Shown: positions 38,162 to 46,707 of the stretch, in pieces
Position numbering within the stretch: the first letter of the stretch is position 1
Layout of the letters: the number at the start of each line of letters is the position of its first letter
Assembly: GCA_902615025.1 (NCBI GenBank)
Contig: CACMNV010000004.1
Location: forward strand, 9,242 to 73,241
Length of the DNA: 64,000 nucleotides
Origin: an uncultured SAR116 cluster alpha proteobacterium
GTDB lineage: Bacteria > Pseudomonadota > Alphaproteobacteria > Puniceispirillales > Marisalimonadaceae
Direction of reading: 5' to 3'
Position numbers and translations under genes: made by a program
Notes under the pieces: generated by a model
Told to the model about the DNA's origin: nothing
Database searches by the model: none
The model's input: the letters and a program-made list of their open reading frames with translations, nothing else

Positions 38162-39292
38162 TTATTCCCACGGTTTAATAACTACTTTAATTGCGCCATC
38201 AATTCTTTCCTTTGCATATTTTAAAGCAGTTGGTAATTCGTTCATTTTAAATGTATGCGTGTGAACAATTTTAGCATTAAATCTTTTTTGTTTCATAAAA
38301 GCCATTGCTCTGTGCGTTGCACTTTTACCTTCACCTCTTATGCCATACATATAAATATTATTTATTACTATGTGGGGAATATTAACTTTTATTGGATCAT
38401 GGGGGAAAGATGCCAAACAAATCTTTCCGCCTCTATTTGTCATCATTATTGCATCATTTAAAGCTTTTTCTGTTCCAGCACATTCAACAACATAATCCAC
38501 ACCTAAATATCCAACCAAAGATTTAACCGAATTAACAATATCATTTTCTTCATTTACATTTAAAACAAAATCAGCTCCAAGTTTTTTTCCTATTTCAAGT
38601 CTATCGTTTCTTGTGCCGATTAATATAACTGGATCTGCACCAAGCGCTTTTGCTACTGCCACTCCTAACAACCCTATAGGACCAGGGCCGATTACAACAA
38701 GACTTTCACCTGCTACTAGACCACCTAATTCAGTTAAACCATACATTGTTGTACCTGCTGTTACAACGAGTGTTGCTTCTTCATCAGTCATATCATCAGG
38801 TACTTTGATTAGCGTATTGATATGATTAATTGCATATTGTTTAAATCCACCATCAGAAGTAAACCCATTTGCTCTATGACCTTTATTTTTTTTTCCATAA
38901 TTAAGTCCATAATTATGACATGATGTATACATCCCCATTCTACATCTTTTACATTGTCCACATCCTGAATGTATTTCTACTGTAACCCTATCTCCTATTT
39001 TAAACTCGTCAACTGAAGGACCAAGTGCAACAACTGTACCCATATATTCATGGCCTGGAGTAAACTCTTTATTAAAGGGCTTCTCTCCTTCAATCAATGC
39101 TGGAGGACCATAACTTATAACATCCAAATCTGTAGCACATATAGCAACTGCATTTATTTTTAACAAAACTTCTGAGTAGCTGGGAGTGGGTATTGTTTTT
39201 GTTTTTAATTCCAGCTCATTTGGACTTTTTAAAACCCAAGCTTTCATTTCTTTTGGTAATGAATATTTTTTTGAAATTTTTATATCATCCAT
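38162..39292 (-). CDS. zinc-dependent medium-chain alcohol/polyol dehydrogenase
   Basis: 376 aa. GHEYMGTVVALG, structural-Zn Cys cluster CGQCKRCRMGMYTSC, Rossmann GPGPIGLLG. Confidence 0.85.
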   Translation of the reverse strand: MDDIKISKKYSLPKEMKAWVLKSPNELELKTKTIPTPSYSEVLLKINAVAICATDLDVISYGPPALIEGEKPFNKEFTPGHEYMGTVVALGPSVDEFKIGDRVTVEIHSGCGQCKRCRMGMYTSCHNYGLNYGKKNKGHRANGFTSDGGFKQYAINHINTLIKVPDDMTDEEATLVVTAGTTMYGLTELGGLVAGESLVVIGPGPIGLLGVAVAKALGADPVILIGTRNDRLEIGKKLGADFVLNVNEENDIVNSVKSLVGYLGVDYVVECAGTEKALNDAIMMTNRGGKICLASFPHDPIKVNIPHIVINNIYMYGIRGEGKSATHRAMAFMKQKRFNAKIVHTHTFKMNELPTALKYAKERIDGAIKVVIKPWE

Positions 39293-39330
39293 ATTATTTA
39301 AATATTATATGAGTTTTGAAAACTTAAAAA

Positions 39331-39380
39331 GTTTTTTATAAAACTAGTGGACACATTTGGTGTCCACTATAATTTTTTTT
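39331..39380. terminator. bidirectional-looking intrinsic terminator hairpin
   Basis: Perfect 10-bp stem TAGTGGACAC (39345-39354) / GTGTCCACTA (39360-39369) with a 5-nt loop. T8 run on the plus side (39373-39380). On the minus strand it is followed by GTTTTAT. It sits downstream of the minus-strand DapA-family gene. Confidence 0.5.
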
Positions 39381-39408
39381 GGAGGATTTCGTTATATTTT
39401 AAATACGA

Positions 39409-40341
39409 CTATTTATTATTTTTGTTTAATAACTCTTTTTGTAAATTTAAAATATTATCAATATGAAATTCTGCTTCATATCTCTGAACTTCATCAAATT
39501 CTTGAATATTACCTCTACATACATCTGTAGAATATATTTCTTCAGCAACTCTTAACATTTTATAAAACTTAATTGATATGTCTATATGCTGATGCGCAAA
39601 AGAAATAGCTGGTAAAATTCTATAAAAAAGCTTTCTTGCCTCTTTTTCTTTGTTATTTATCATCAAATTATAAACAGAATTATAAATTGTTTCCATGGTG
39701 GACGGTATAAATCCATGAACGCCTCTTCTCATAGCCTCTATAAAACCAGTTGCAGCCCATCCTCCAGTAAGATGTAATTTATTTTTTGTTAAATTAATAA
39801 TATTTGAATATTTTTTTCCTGAATTTACAACTTCTACTTTTAAGGATTTAAAATTTGAAACCTCATTCATTAGATTTTGAATTATTGCATCTGAAAGACC
39901 ATATCCATCCCAAGACAAATCTTGTATCATCAAATGCGATGGTCCAATTTCATTTATTTTTTTATAAAAGACAATTAAATCACCTTCATCTAAATTGAGT
40001 GGAGCTTGAATTAAAACCCATTTAATTTTTTTTTGTCTCGCAAGATCAACTAATGAATAAATTTCTTCTATTTTTGGGGAACTACATCCAAAAATAATTG
40101 GAATTATATTTCTGTTAATATCTAATACAAATTCCATCATTTCCGATTTTTCATTAAATGTTAAATTTTGAGTTTCACCTGCAACAGCTGACAAAAGCAT
40201 ACCAGCACAATTCGTATCTATCGTATGTAAGACTGACTTTTCAAGGCTCTTATAATCTATAGACTTATTAATTTTAAAAGGTGTATGTAAACTAGGTATA
40301 ATTCCATTTAACTCACTAATAGGGGAGAGTTTGGAATTCAT
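39409..40341 (-). CDS. DapA/dihydrodipicolinate-synthase-family class I aldolase
   Basis: 310 aa with a DHDPS-family-like N-terminal half (GIIPSLHTPF, GMLLSAVAGE). The specific substrate is unknown. Confidence 0.65.
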   Translation of the reverse strand: MNSKLSPISELNGIIPSLHTPFKINKSIDYKSLEKSVLHTIDTNCAGMLLSAVAGETQNLTFNEKSEMMEFVLDINRNIIPIIFGCSSPKIEEIYSLVDLARQKKIKWVLIQAPLNLDEGDLIVFYKKINEIGPSHLMIQDLSWDGYGLSDAIIQNLMNEVSNFKSLKVEVVNSGKKYSNIINLTKNKLHLTGGWAATGFIEAMRRGVHGFIPSTMETIYNSVYNLMINNKEKEARKLFYRILPAISFAHQHIDISIKFYKMLRVAEEIYSTDVCRGNIQEFDEVQRYEAEFHIDNILNLQKELLNKNNK

Positions 40342-40667
40342 CCTATTTTTGTGCCATTTTCAACATTTGGATTAACTCCAAGCAATTTAACCTCTTTATC
40401 TGTAATTGCCCCTAAAATTAAGACTTCAGATAAAACACCAGCAATATTTTTTTGTGGGAAATTAGTTACAGCTATAATTTTTCTATTTAATAATTCATTT
40501 TTTGAATAGTTTGTAATTTGAGCAGATGATTTTTTTATTCCATCTTTTTCTCCAAAATCTATATCTATTACATAAGCTGGCTTCCTTGCTTTTTTGTTTT
40601 CTTTAACATCAACGATTGTTCCAACTTGAATATTAAATTTAATGAAATTTTCAAAATTAATTTCCAT
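40338..40667 (-). CDS. tRNA-binding domain protein (CsaA-like)
   Basis: 109 aa. F..F.IQVGTIVDV...KPAYVIDIDFGE..IKKSSAQIT is a CsaA/EMAP-II-like OB fold pattern. Confidence 0.8.
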   Translation of the reverse strand: MEINFENFIKFNIQVGTIVDVKENKKARKPAYVIDIDFGEKDGIKKSSAQITNYSKNELLNRKIIAVTNFPQKNIAGVLSEVLILGAITDKEVKLLGVNPNVENGTKIG

Positions 40668-41018
40668 TTAACTTTTTAAAACTTTACTTTTTAAAGTCTT
40701 TTGATCAGACATCTTAATAACTTTTGATGAATTTAAATACCCACCTTCATCTATTTTTAAGGATCTATAAAGCAAGTCACCTTCAACTTTCCCAGTCGAC
40801 ATGATATGTAATTTTTCAGCAGATATATCAGCTTTAATTTTCCCTTCTACGATAATTTCTTGAGCAGTAATATTCCCAATAAAGGATGCATTTTCACTAA
40901 CAATAAGTTTATCAATTTTTATTGTTCCTATAAAAGTTCCACTTAAAGTTAAATCACCTGATCCAAAGTAGTTTCCTTCAAAATTATCCTCAAATCTAAT
41001 TTTCGAATCATATTTCAT
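40668..41018 (-). CDS. bactofilin-family (DUF583) polymer-forming protein
   Basis: 116 aa with a repetitive beta-helix pattern (G.F.G.I....L.V...A.F.G.I.A.EI.VEGK..). Confidence 0.7.
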   Translation of the reverse strand: MKYDSKIRFEDNFEGNYFGSGDLTLSGTFIGTIKIDKLIVSENASFIGNITAQEIIVEGKIKADISAEKLHIMSTGKVEGDLLYRSLKIDEGGYLNSSKVIKMSDQKTLKSKVLKS

Positions 41019-41049
41019 ATTTTTTTACTAATAATATCATTTACTTTAT

Positions 41050-41068
41050 AATTTATAAATTGACATAA
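41050..41068. repeat. 19-nt repeat copy 1 (AATTTATAAATTGACATAA), contains the 12-bp perfect palindrome AATTTATAAATT
   Basis: Identical to 41254-41272. Lies 31 nt from the bactofilin start (minus strand) and 16 nt before a 44-codon ORF (plus strand). Confidence 0.6.
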
Positions 41069-41084
41069 AGTGTTATAATATATC

Positions 41085-41219
41085 ATGTTTATTACAATAA
41101 TAAATAAATTAAAATTTTCTTTTTTTATTTTCCTAATAATATCAATAATTATATCACTACCCATTATTGCCAAAAATAATCAGCTACTTCAAAATGTTTT
41201 ATCTTTCTGTGGCTTTTAA
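41085..41219 (+). CDS. candidate small membrane protein (44 aa), unannotated
   Basis: ATG..TAA ORF MFITIINKLKFSFFIFLIISIIISLPIIAKNNQLLQNVLSFCGF with one TM helix. Sits between the two repeat copies upstream of the SCO1 gene. Confidence 0.3.
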   Translation: MFITIINKLKFSFFIFLIISIIISLPIIAKNNQLLQNVLSFCGF

Positions 41220-41253
41220 AAAATCTTTTTTTTCAATCTAATAATTATATTTC

Positions 41254-41272
41254 AATTTATAAATTGACATAA
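41254..41272. repeat. 19-nt repeat copy 2 (AATTTATAAATTGACATAA)
   Basis: Identical to 41050-41068. Lies 28 nt upstream of the SCO1 TTG start. Confidence 0.6.
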
Positions 41273-41300
41273 CTTAGCATATAATTATTTTAGAAAAACA

Positions 41301-41912
41301 TTGAATAATGATTTAACAATGAACATAAAAAGACAACTAATAATTCCATGTACTTTAATTGGTCTGTTAATTTTAATACCTATTTATTCTGTCGTGGTAA
41401 ATTATTTTAAGTCAGCTTCAACTTTATCATTAAAATCAACTTTAACAGAAGTGAATCTCTTTTCACATCTTGGAAAAATAGTTGATATCAAAGATTTTAA
41501 AAATACACCTACTTTGCTTTTTTTTGGATTTACTCATTGTCCTGAAGTTTGCCCTACAACTCTGTCTAATTTGTTGAATAATATTGAATTACTAGAGAAA
41601 AATAAAAAAAATTATAGAGTTTTATTTGTAACTTTAGACCCAGAAAGAGATACTATTAATAATTTAAACGATTATCTACAAAACTTTAATTCATCTGTGA
41701 TTGGTTTAACTGGTGAATTAAATGAAATAAATAAATTTGCTAAAAATTGGAATATTTATTGGGAGAAAGTTTCTGAAGGAGATGACTATACAATTAATCA
41801 CACAGCAACAGTATTTATGATTAATAAAAATGGAAATTTTGCTGGAACAATAGCCTGGGGAGAAAGTGATAAATCCATAAAATTAAAACTTAAAAAACTT
41901 TTTAATCTGTAA
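41301..41912 (+). CDS. SCO1/SenC copper chaperone (thioredoxin fold)
   Basis: 203 aa. LLFFGFTHCPEVCP (CxxxC copper site) and the conserved His context TINHTA. The start is either TTG 41301 or ATG 41319. Confidence 0.9.
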   Translation: MNNDLTMNIKRQLIIPCTLIGLLILIPIYSVVVNYFKSASTLSLKSTLTEVNLFSHLGKIVDIKDFKNTPTLLFFGFTHCPEVCPTTLSNLLNNIELLEKNKKNYRVLFVTLDPERDTINNLNDYLQNFNSSVIGLTGELNEINKFAKNWNIYWEKVSEGDDYTINHTATVFMINKNGNFAGTIAWGESDKSIKLKLKKLFNL

Positions 41913-42654
41913 TTCTATAACCAAATGATCTGATAATTTTTTTAGTATCATTAGACTTTAAAAAATTAAAAAATAACTTTGCCTTATTATTATTTTTTGC
42001 ATTTTCTAAAAGAATAACATCTTGTTTAATTGGTGAATAAAGATTTTGCGGTATTTCTTTAAAATATCCTAATTCATATTTTTTAAGTTTAAGCTTATCT
42101 GAATTAGAAATGATACCTAAATCAACATTACCTGAATAAATAAATGATGAAACTTGGTTAATATTTGAAGCAAGAATTATCTTATTTTCAAATAGAGACA
42201 ACATACCTAAACTTTCTAAAACCTGCTTAGAAGCACGCCCATATGGTGAAAATTTAGGATTAGCTATAACAATTTTATTTGATAATCTTTTTAAAAGTAT
42301 ATTTTCAAATTTAATTTGGTATTCTATTTTTGTTTTGGAAAAAATTATAAGACTTCCAATAGCATAAGTGAATTTAGAAACTTTAATTTTTTTATTATCT
42401 GGTATCTTTTGAATTGTTGACCGATCTGCAGATAAAAATATATCAATTGGTGCTTTATTTAAAATTTGAGCAAAAAGTTTAGCTGTTGATCCCGTAGATA
42501 TTTTAAAAGATGTTTTATTGTTTTTTAAAAATTCTTTTTTTATTAGATTTAATGGTCCTATAAAATTTGATGCAACGGCAACATGAATTTTTTCGTATCC
42601 ATAAGAATTAAAGCTATAAAAAAGAAAAAAAATAAAAAGAATGAATTTTATCAT
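41902..42654 (-). CDS. ModA-like molybdate/tungstate-type periplasmic binding protein (no modBC nearby)
   Basis: 250 aa with a signal peptide. ModA-like VAVASNF...STGSTAKLFAQI..APIDIFLSAD. Confidence 0.7.
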   Translation of the reverse strand: MIKFILFIFFLFYSFNSYGYEKIHVAVASNFIGPLNLIKKEFLKNNKTSFKISTGSTAKLFAQILNKAPIDIFLSADRSTIQKIPDNKKIKVSKFTYAIGSLIIFSKTKIEYQIKFENILLKRLSNKIVIANPKFSPYGRASKQVLESLGMLSLFENKIILASNINQVSSFIYSGNVDLGIISNSDKLKLKKYELGYFKEIPQNLYSPIKQDVILLENAKNNNKAKLFFNFLKSNDTKKIIRSFGYRITD

Positions 42655-42975
42655 TTATTTAAATTTTAAATCTAAATCCTGCAACCCTTTTGAAACTTCA
42701 AGTTCACAACCTCCTTCAAATCTAGTAACTTGACCACCCATTTCTTTTATTTGATCCCAAAACTTATTTGATTTTGTTGTCCTTACCTCTTCCATTTCTT
42801 TCTTTGTTCTAAAAACATGAAATATTTCTACTTGATTTTCTGTCCTATCTACAAAACATCTTAACATTAGACCGTTATTTTGAAATAAATCATTACTCCA
42901 ATCTTTTAAAGCAAGGATAATTGCTTTTTTCGCTAATTCATTTTGTACTTTAATTGTTACATTTACTGCATACAT
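42655..42975 (-). CDS. hypothetical protein, possibly ABM (dimeric alpha/beta barrel monooxygenase-like) fold
   Basis: 106 aa. The size and hydrophobic pattern are compatible with an ABM domain. Weak call. Confidence 0.4.
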   Translation of the reverse strand: MYAVNVTIKVQNELAKKAIILALKDWSNDLFQNNGLMLRCFVDRTENQVEIFHVFRTKKEMEEVRTTKSNKFWDQIKEMGGQVTRFEGGCELEVSKGLQDLDLKFK

Positions 42976-42995
42976 AAATCCCTCTAAAACCTGAA

Positions 42996-43769
42996 TTAAA
43001 ATTTAATCTCATCATTTATTTTTATAATACCCTTGTTTAAAACTTTTCCATAAACGCCTAGATCATAATGGCCATAGATTTTTTGAAGTTGATTGGGTAT
43101 ATTTAAATCTCTTAAGCCAGTATTTGGATTAACATTAGTAGCAGCGCACCTTTTAGTTTTTCTAAATATTTCAAATTTAACACCTCCAATGGTAATAATT
43201 TTTCCTAACCAATTAAATTCTTCCCAAGCTTTTATTCCTGAAAAAATTACATTACCTCTAAATCTAATGTAGTTGACTTCTTGTTTTATCTTTACCTCAA
43301 AATCATTTACAGTATTCAGATTTATAAATGATAAGGCTTTGTCAGGTATATCTGAAAATGAGTGTTTATTATCATTTTTAACATCAGATTTATCTGTAAC
43401 TAATCTTGGTTTTTTGTTTATATTAATGTTAAGAAAATTTGCTAAGCATAAATTTAATTTTTTTATATCATTATTATTGTTTAAGAAACCATTGAAAATT
43501 TCTTTATCTTTGTAAATCAATTTTAAAAAATTAGTTTTTAAATTGATTTGAGGCTGTAATAAAGAGAGTTTCTCTTCCTTAACTAGCGCAAGAAAATTTG
43601 TTTTTTTCATATAAATTAAAGATTTTTCACAAATGTCATTTTCAAATTTTGCAAAAGCATATTTCCTATCACCTGAGATTGTTGAACCTGGATAAAGGTT
43701 TGCTGTATTCATGAATTCCCCATTAAGACCTTTTATAGGATATCGGACGATATATTTAACAAATGTCAT
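42996..43769 (-). CDS. MOSC domain protein (MOSC_N beta-barrel + MOSC)
   Basis: 257 aa. N-terminus YPIKGLNG...GDRKYAF, C-terminal region with the conserved Cys context KRCAATNVNP. Confidence 0.8.
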   Translation of the reverse strand: MTFVKYIVRYPIKGLNGEFMNTANLYPGSTISGDRKYAFAKFENDICEKSLIYMKKTNFLALVKEEKLSLLQPQINLKTNFLKLIYKDKEIFNGFLNNNNDIKKLNLCLANFLNININKKPRLVTDKSDVKNDNKHSFSDIPDKALSFINLNTVNDFEVKIKQEVNYIRFRGNVIFSGIKAWEEFNWLGKIITIGGVKFEIFRKTKRCAATNVNPNTGLRDLNIPNQLQKIYGHYDLGVYGKVLNKGIIKINDEIKF

Positions 43770-43834
43770 AGTTTATAATAATTGATCTAAATAAAATATA
43801 AATATATTTAAGTAATATAATTTAGAGTAAATGA

Positions 43835-45334
43835 TTATTTCTTATTACTAGATTTTAGCTTTTTAAGTACCTCCGACAATAATTTAATAGCAGAATCATT
43901 ATCTTCAATTTCTGTCTTATCTAAAGATAAAGATAAGCCAGGTATATTTTTTTCAAATAAATTTTTATTAAAATCCAAAAAGCCAGATACTTCATAAGTT
44001 TGAACGGGATAAGAGATTCCCTTAACATTTATTGATTTTTTTTTCTTACAAGCAATTTTATTTCTGACAAGAAGATACGTATCCTCAGATAAAAGAATTT
44101 TATTTACTTCTGAACTAGTTTCAAGTCTAGATGCTAAATTCACTCCATTTCCTATAATTGTATAATCTAGTCTATCTTCTGAACCAAAATTACCAACCGT
44201 ACATACGCCTGTGTGTATACCAATTCTAGCATTTAGTGGTTTTGCCAATCCCTTTTTTCTCCAAGTGCTTCTTAAGCTATCTAATTTTTCTAGCATTTCA
44301 ATTGCCATAGATACACAGGATATGGCATCTTCTTGTTTTCCTTTTGTTTTTGGGTCGCCAAAAAATACTAAAATTGCATCTCCAATAAATTTATCTATTG
44401 TCCCACCCCATTTTATTGCGATATTAGACATTTCTGTTAAATATTGTGTTAACAATTCTGTTAATACTTCAGGTTCTAATCTTTCTGTAAGTTCAGTAAA
44501 ACCTTGTAAATCAGAGAAAAAAACACTTAAGTGCTTTCTCTTGGTTTGAACCTTAACATCTAGTTTACCAGAAAAAATAGATTCATACACTTGTGGAGAA
44601 AAATACTTAGCCAACTTCTGTGAAAGTTCACGCAATTCAGAAGTTCTCTCTTCAACTTTTTTTTCAAGATTTAAGTTTAAATTTTCTAACTGAAGGTGAG
44701 CATTATTCAATTCACTCAATCTTTTTTGTTCTAATTGATAGAGTCTAGCATTTTGCAATGCATTAGCTGTTTGATTAGCTAAAATTCCAATCAAAATCTC
44801 GTCATCTTTATCAAATATGTTTAATTTCACACTTTCAACTGAAAATACTCCCACTAACTCATCATCTATAAGCATTGGGATAGCTACTTGACTTTCAGCA
44901 TTTTTAAGGCCGGGTAACTCAACTTCATCTTGCAATTTTTTATTATCTGAAACACTAACCTGTTTTCGAATAGCTTGCATATAACTTCTCTGCATACCTA
45001 AATTTGCCATTCTCATTAATTTTTTCTTTTGAGCTACAATACCAATTACGCCAATACCAAAATTGACCTTGGCACCTATACCTTTATTTTCGTAACCATA
45101 CGTCTCTAATACATTAAGACATTTTTTATCCTCGGAAACTAGAAGTATCATGGAGTGCTTAAAACCAAAATATTCATCCATTAAAGAGAGCATGGTTGAA
45201 GCTATAACAGAAAGATTTAGTGATTTGTTTATTTGACCTGAAATTTGTTTAATTATCTCAACTTCTTTGGTTCTTCTTTCCAAAAGACTCATAATTTTTT
45301 TGGTTTCTATTTCAGAATGATTTTGCTTATTCAT
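43835..45334 (-). CDS. GAF-domain class III adenylate/guanylate cyclase
   Basis: 499 aa. N-terminal GAF-like region, a coiled-coil linker, and a cyclase core LSVFFSDLQGFTELTE...GGTIDKFIGDAILVFFG...IGIHTGVCTVGNFG. Confidence 0.9.
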   Translation of the reverse strand: MNKQNHSEIETKKIMSLLERRTKEVEIIKQISGQINKSLNLSVIASTMLSLMDEYFGFKHSMILLVSEDKKCLNVLETYGYENKGIGAKVNFGIGVIGIVAQKKKLMRMANLGMQRSYMQAIRKQVSVSDNKKLQDEVELPGLKNAESQVAIPMLIDDELVGVFSVESVKLNIFDKDDEILIGILANQTANALQNARLYQLEQKRLSELNNAHLQLENLNLNLEKKVEERTSELRELSQKLAKYFSPQVYESIFSGKLDVKVQTKRKHLSVFFSDLQGFTELTERLEPEVLTELLTQYLTEMSNIAIKWGGTIDKFIGDAILVFFGDPKTKGKQEDAISCVSMAIEMLEKLDSLRSTWRKKGLAKPLNARIGIHTGVCTVGNFGSEDRLDYTIIGNGVNLASRLETSSEVNKILLSEDTYLLVRNKIACKKKKSINVKGISYPVQTYEVSGFLDFNKNLFEKNIPGLSLSLDKTEIEDNDSAIKLLSEVLKKLKSSNKK

Positions 45335-45385
45335 TTTAAATTATTTATTTAAAAGAGATTTAGAGCCATTTTTTTTAAAATGATA

Positions 45386-45769
45386 CTAATCTGTAATTGA
45401 AAGAACTTCGTAAACGTCAGCTGCTTGCAACTTAAAAATTCCAGTCATCCCAGTCATAGAAGCAATTGCTTGTAATTTCATATCCATCTCCTCAAATAAA
45501 TCACCTTCGGTTTCAGCATGATCAAATTTCAGTTCTAAATTATATTGTTTTAAAGTTGATGGGTCTGAAATTGTTGCATAGGCATAAGGGTTTTCAGATA
45601 TATTTCTTTTTGTTTTATTGAAAAATTGAAATGATAGTGCAACATGTTTTTCATCTACATACCATATTTGAGAGATAACTGTTGTGTTTGGTTCACCATC
45701 TTTTGAACAACTAGTTATCCAACTCGGGAACATGCCCTGAAGAGAAGGCAAATGTTTTTCCTTTATCAT
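45386..45769 (-). CDS. pyridoxamine-5'-phosphate-oxidase-like (split-barrel FMN-binding) family protein
   Basis: 127 aa. The call rests on size and beta-barrel-like pattern only. Confidence 0.5.
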   Translation of the reverse strand: MIKEKHLPSLQGMFPSWITSCSKDGEPNTTVISQIWYVDEKHVALSFQFFNKTKRNISENPYAYATISDPSTLKQYNLELKFDHAETEGDLFEEMDMKLQAIASMTGMTGIFKLQAADVYEVLSITD

Positions 45770-45778
45770 AGTTTTAAT

Positions 45779-46237
45779 TTATTCTCCAATTTCTTTTCCA
45801 GCATCTGGACCTGGAGTTTGTATAAAAACTTTATCAACTTTAAATTTTATACCTATATCTGGTATTATTCCGTATTTAGATAAAGCTCCTTCTTTAGACA
45901 TCCCTATGCTTGTAATTGTATCTATAATTTTATTTCTGTAAATATTTGAGGCTTCTAAATCATCTCTTGATATATTGATTACTTCTAAAAATTGGCCTTT
46001 GAAATTGTAAGCCTCATGAGTTACCATTCCTACAAAAAAACTTATCCTTCCGGACTCATTAAGAAATTTTAAAACCTCTTTAGCTTCATCATTCCTTACA
46101 TAACAAGTTATTGTTGAATTTTTACTGTCAACATTTACGCCCAGTGTGTCAACATGACGAGTTTTATTATTATTAGACGCAACTCCAAAATGACCAAATC
46201 CATTTTTTAATGCACTTAATGTTAAATCAGGTATCAA
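45779..46237 (-). CDS. hypothetical protein, possibly split-barrel flavin-binding fold
   Basis: 152 aa ORF with tight spacing in the minus-strand gene run. The functional call is weak. Confidence 0.4.
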   Translation of the reverse strand: MIPDLTLSALKNGFGHFGVASNNNKTRHVDTLGVNVDSKNSTITCYVRNDEAKEVLKFLNESGRISFFVGMVTHEAYNFKGQFLEVINISRDDLEASNIYRNKIIDTITSIGMSKEGALSKYGIIPDIGIKFKVDKVFIQTPGPDAGKEIGE

Positions 46238-46252
46238 AATTATATCACCAAA

Positions 46253-46675
46253 TTAACTAGTTACTTTGAAAAGAACTTCTGGATTTGTCATAGTTTTAAT
46301 TTCCAAAACATTACCATTTGGATCTTCAACAAAGAAAGTTTCTTGTTCAAATTCAGTGCCTTTAAATCTCCTGTATGGTTTATCTAAATAATCAATATCA
46401 CTAGCTTCAATTCTTTTTTTAACATTTTGAAAAATGTCTTCATCAAGATGTACTCCAAAATGTGGAACACAAACTTCTCCCATATCGACATGATGTCTTT
46501 CTCTATTCTGTCTAGTTTCCGTTTGATGAAGAGTTAGTTCATTTCCCCAAAAATCAACGTCGATCCAATGACCCTCTTCTTGATTTCCCGTTTTACATCC
46601 TAAAATGTCTTTGTAAAATTTTAAAGCTGTAGGGATATCTCCTGCAGGCACTGCCAAATGAAAAGTGTTAGCCAT
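46253..46675 (-). CDS. VOC (glyoxalase/bleomycin-resistance/dioxygenase) family protein
   Basis: 140 aa. FHLAVP..D...A..FY.D.LG N-terminal VOC motif and a C-terminal FVEDPNGNVLE. Confidence 0.7.
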   Translation of the reverse strand: MANTFHLAVPAGDIPTALKFYKDILGCKTGNQEEGHWIDVDFWGNELTLHQTETRQNRERHHVDMGEVCVPHFGVHLDEDIFQNVKKRIEASDIDYLDKPYRRFKGTEFEQETFFVEDPNGNVLEIKTMTNPEVLFKVTS

Positions 46676-46707
46676 AATATAACTCCATTTATTTTATATA
46701 TATACTA

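Noticed and set aside
41060-41085. TTGACA inside both repeat copies as a sigma-70 -35 box
   Set aside because: The nearest TATAAT-like hexamers are only 8 nt (copy 1) and 10 nt (copy 2) downstream, far from the canonical 17-nt spacing. I report the element as a repeat or possible operator, not as a promoter.
44211-44549. 112-aa plus-strand ORF inside the adenylate cyclase gene. The track ORFs of the same kind at 13755-13982, 14560-14748, 14867-15181, 17844-18128, 21385-21717, 21811-22014, 22128-22346, 22684-23224, 23603-24630, 27153-27341, 28789-28971, 31002-31686, 34639-34842, 37534-37728, 38255-38825, 43273-43515, 47791-48021, 55116-55346, 60870-61073 and 61804-62001 are treated the same way.
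   Set aside because: All are embedded in, or antisense to, longer ORFs with recognisable protein-family signatures. None has an independent start context or recognisable motifs.
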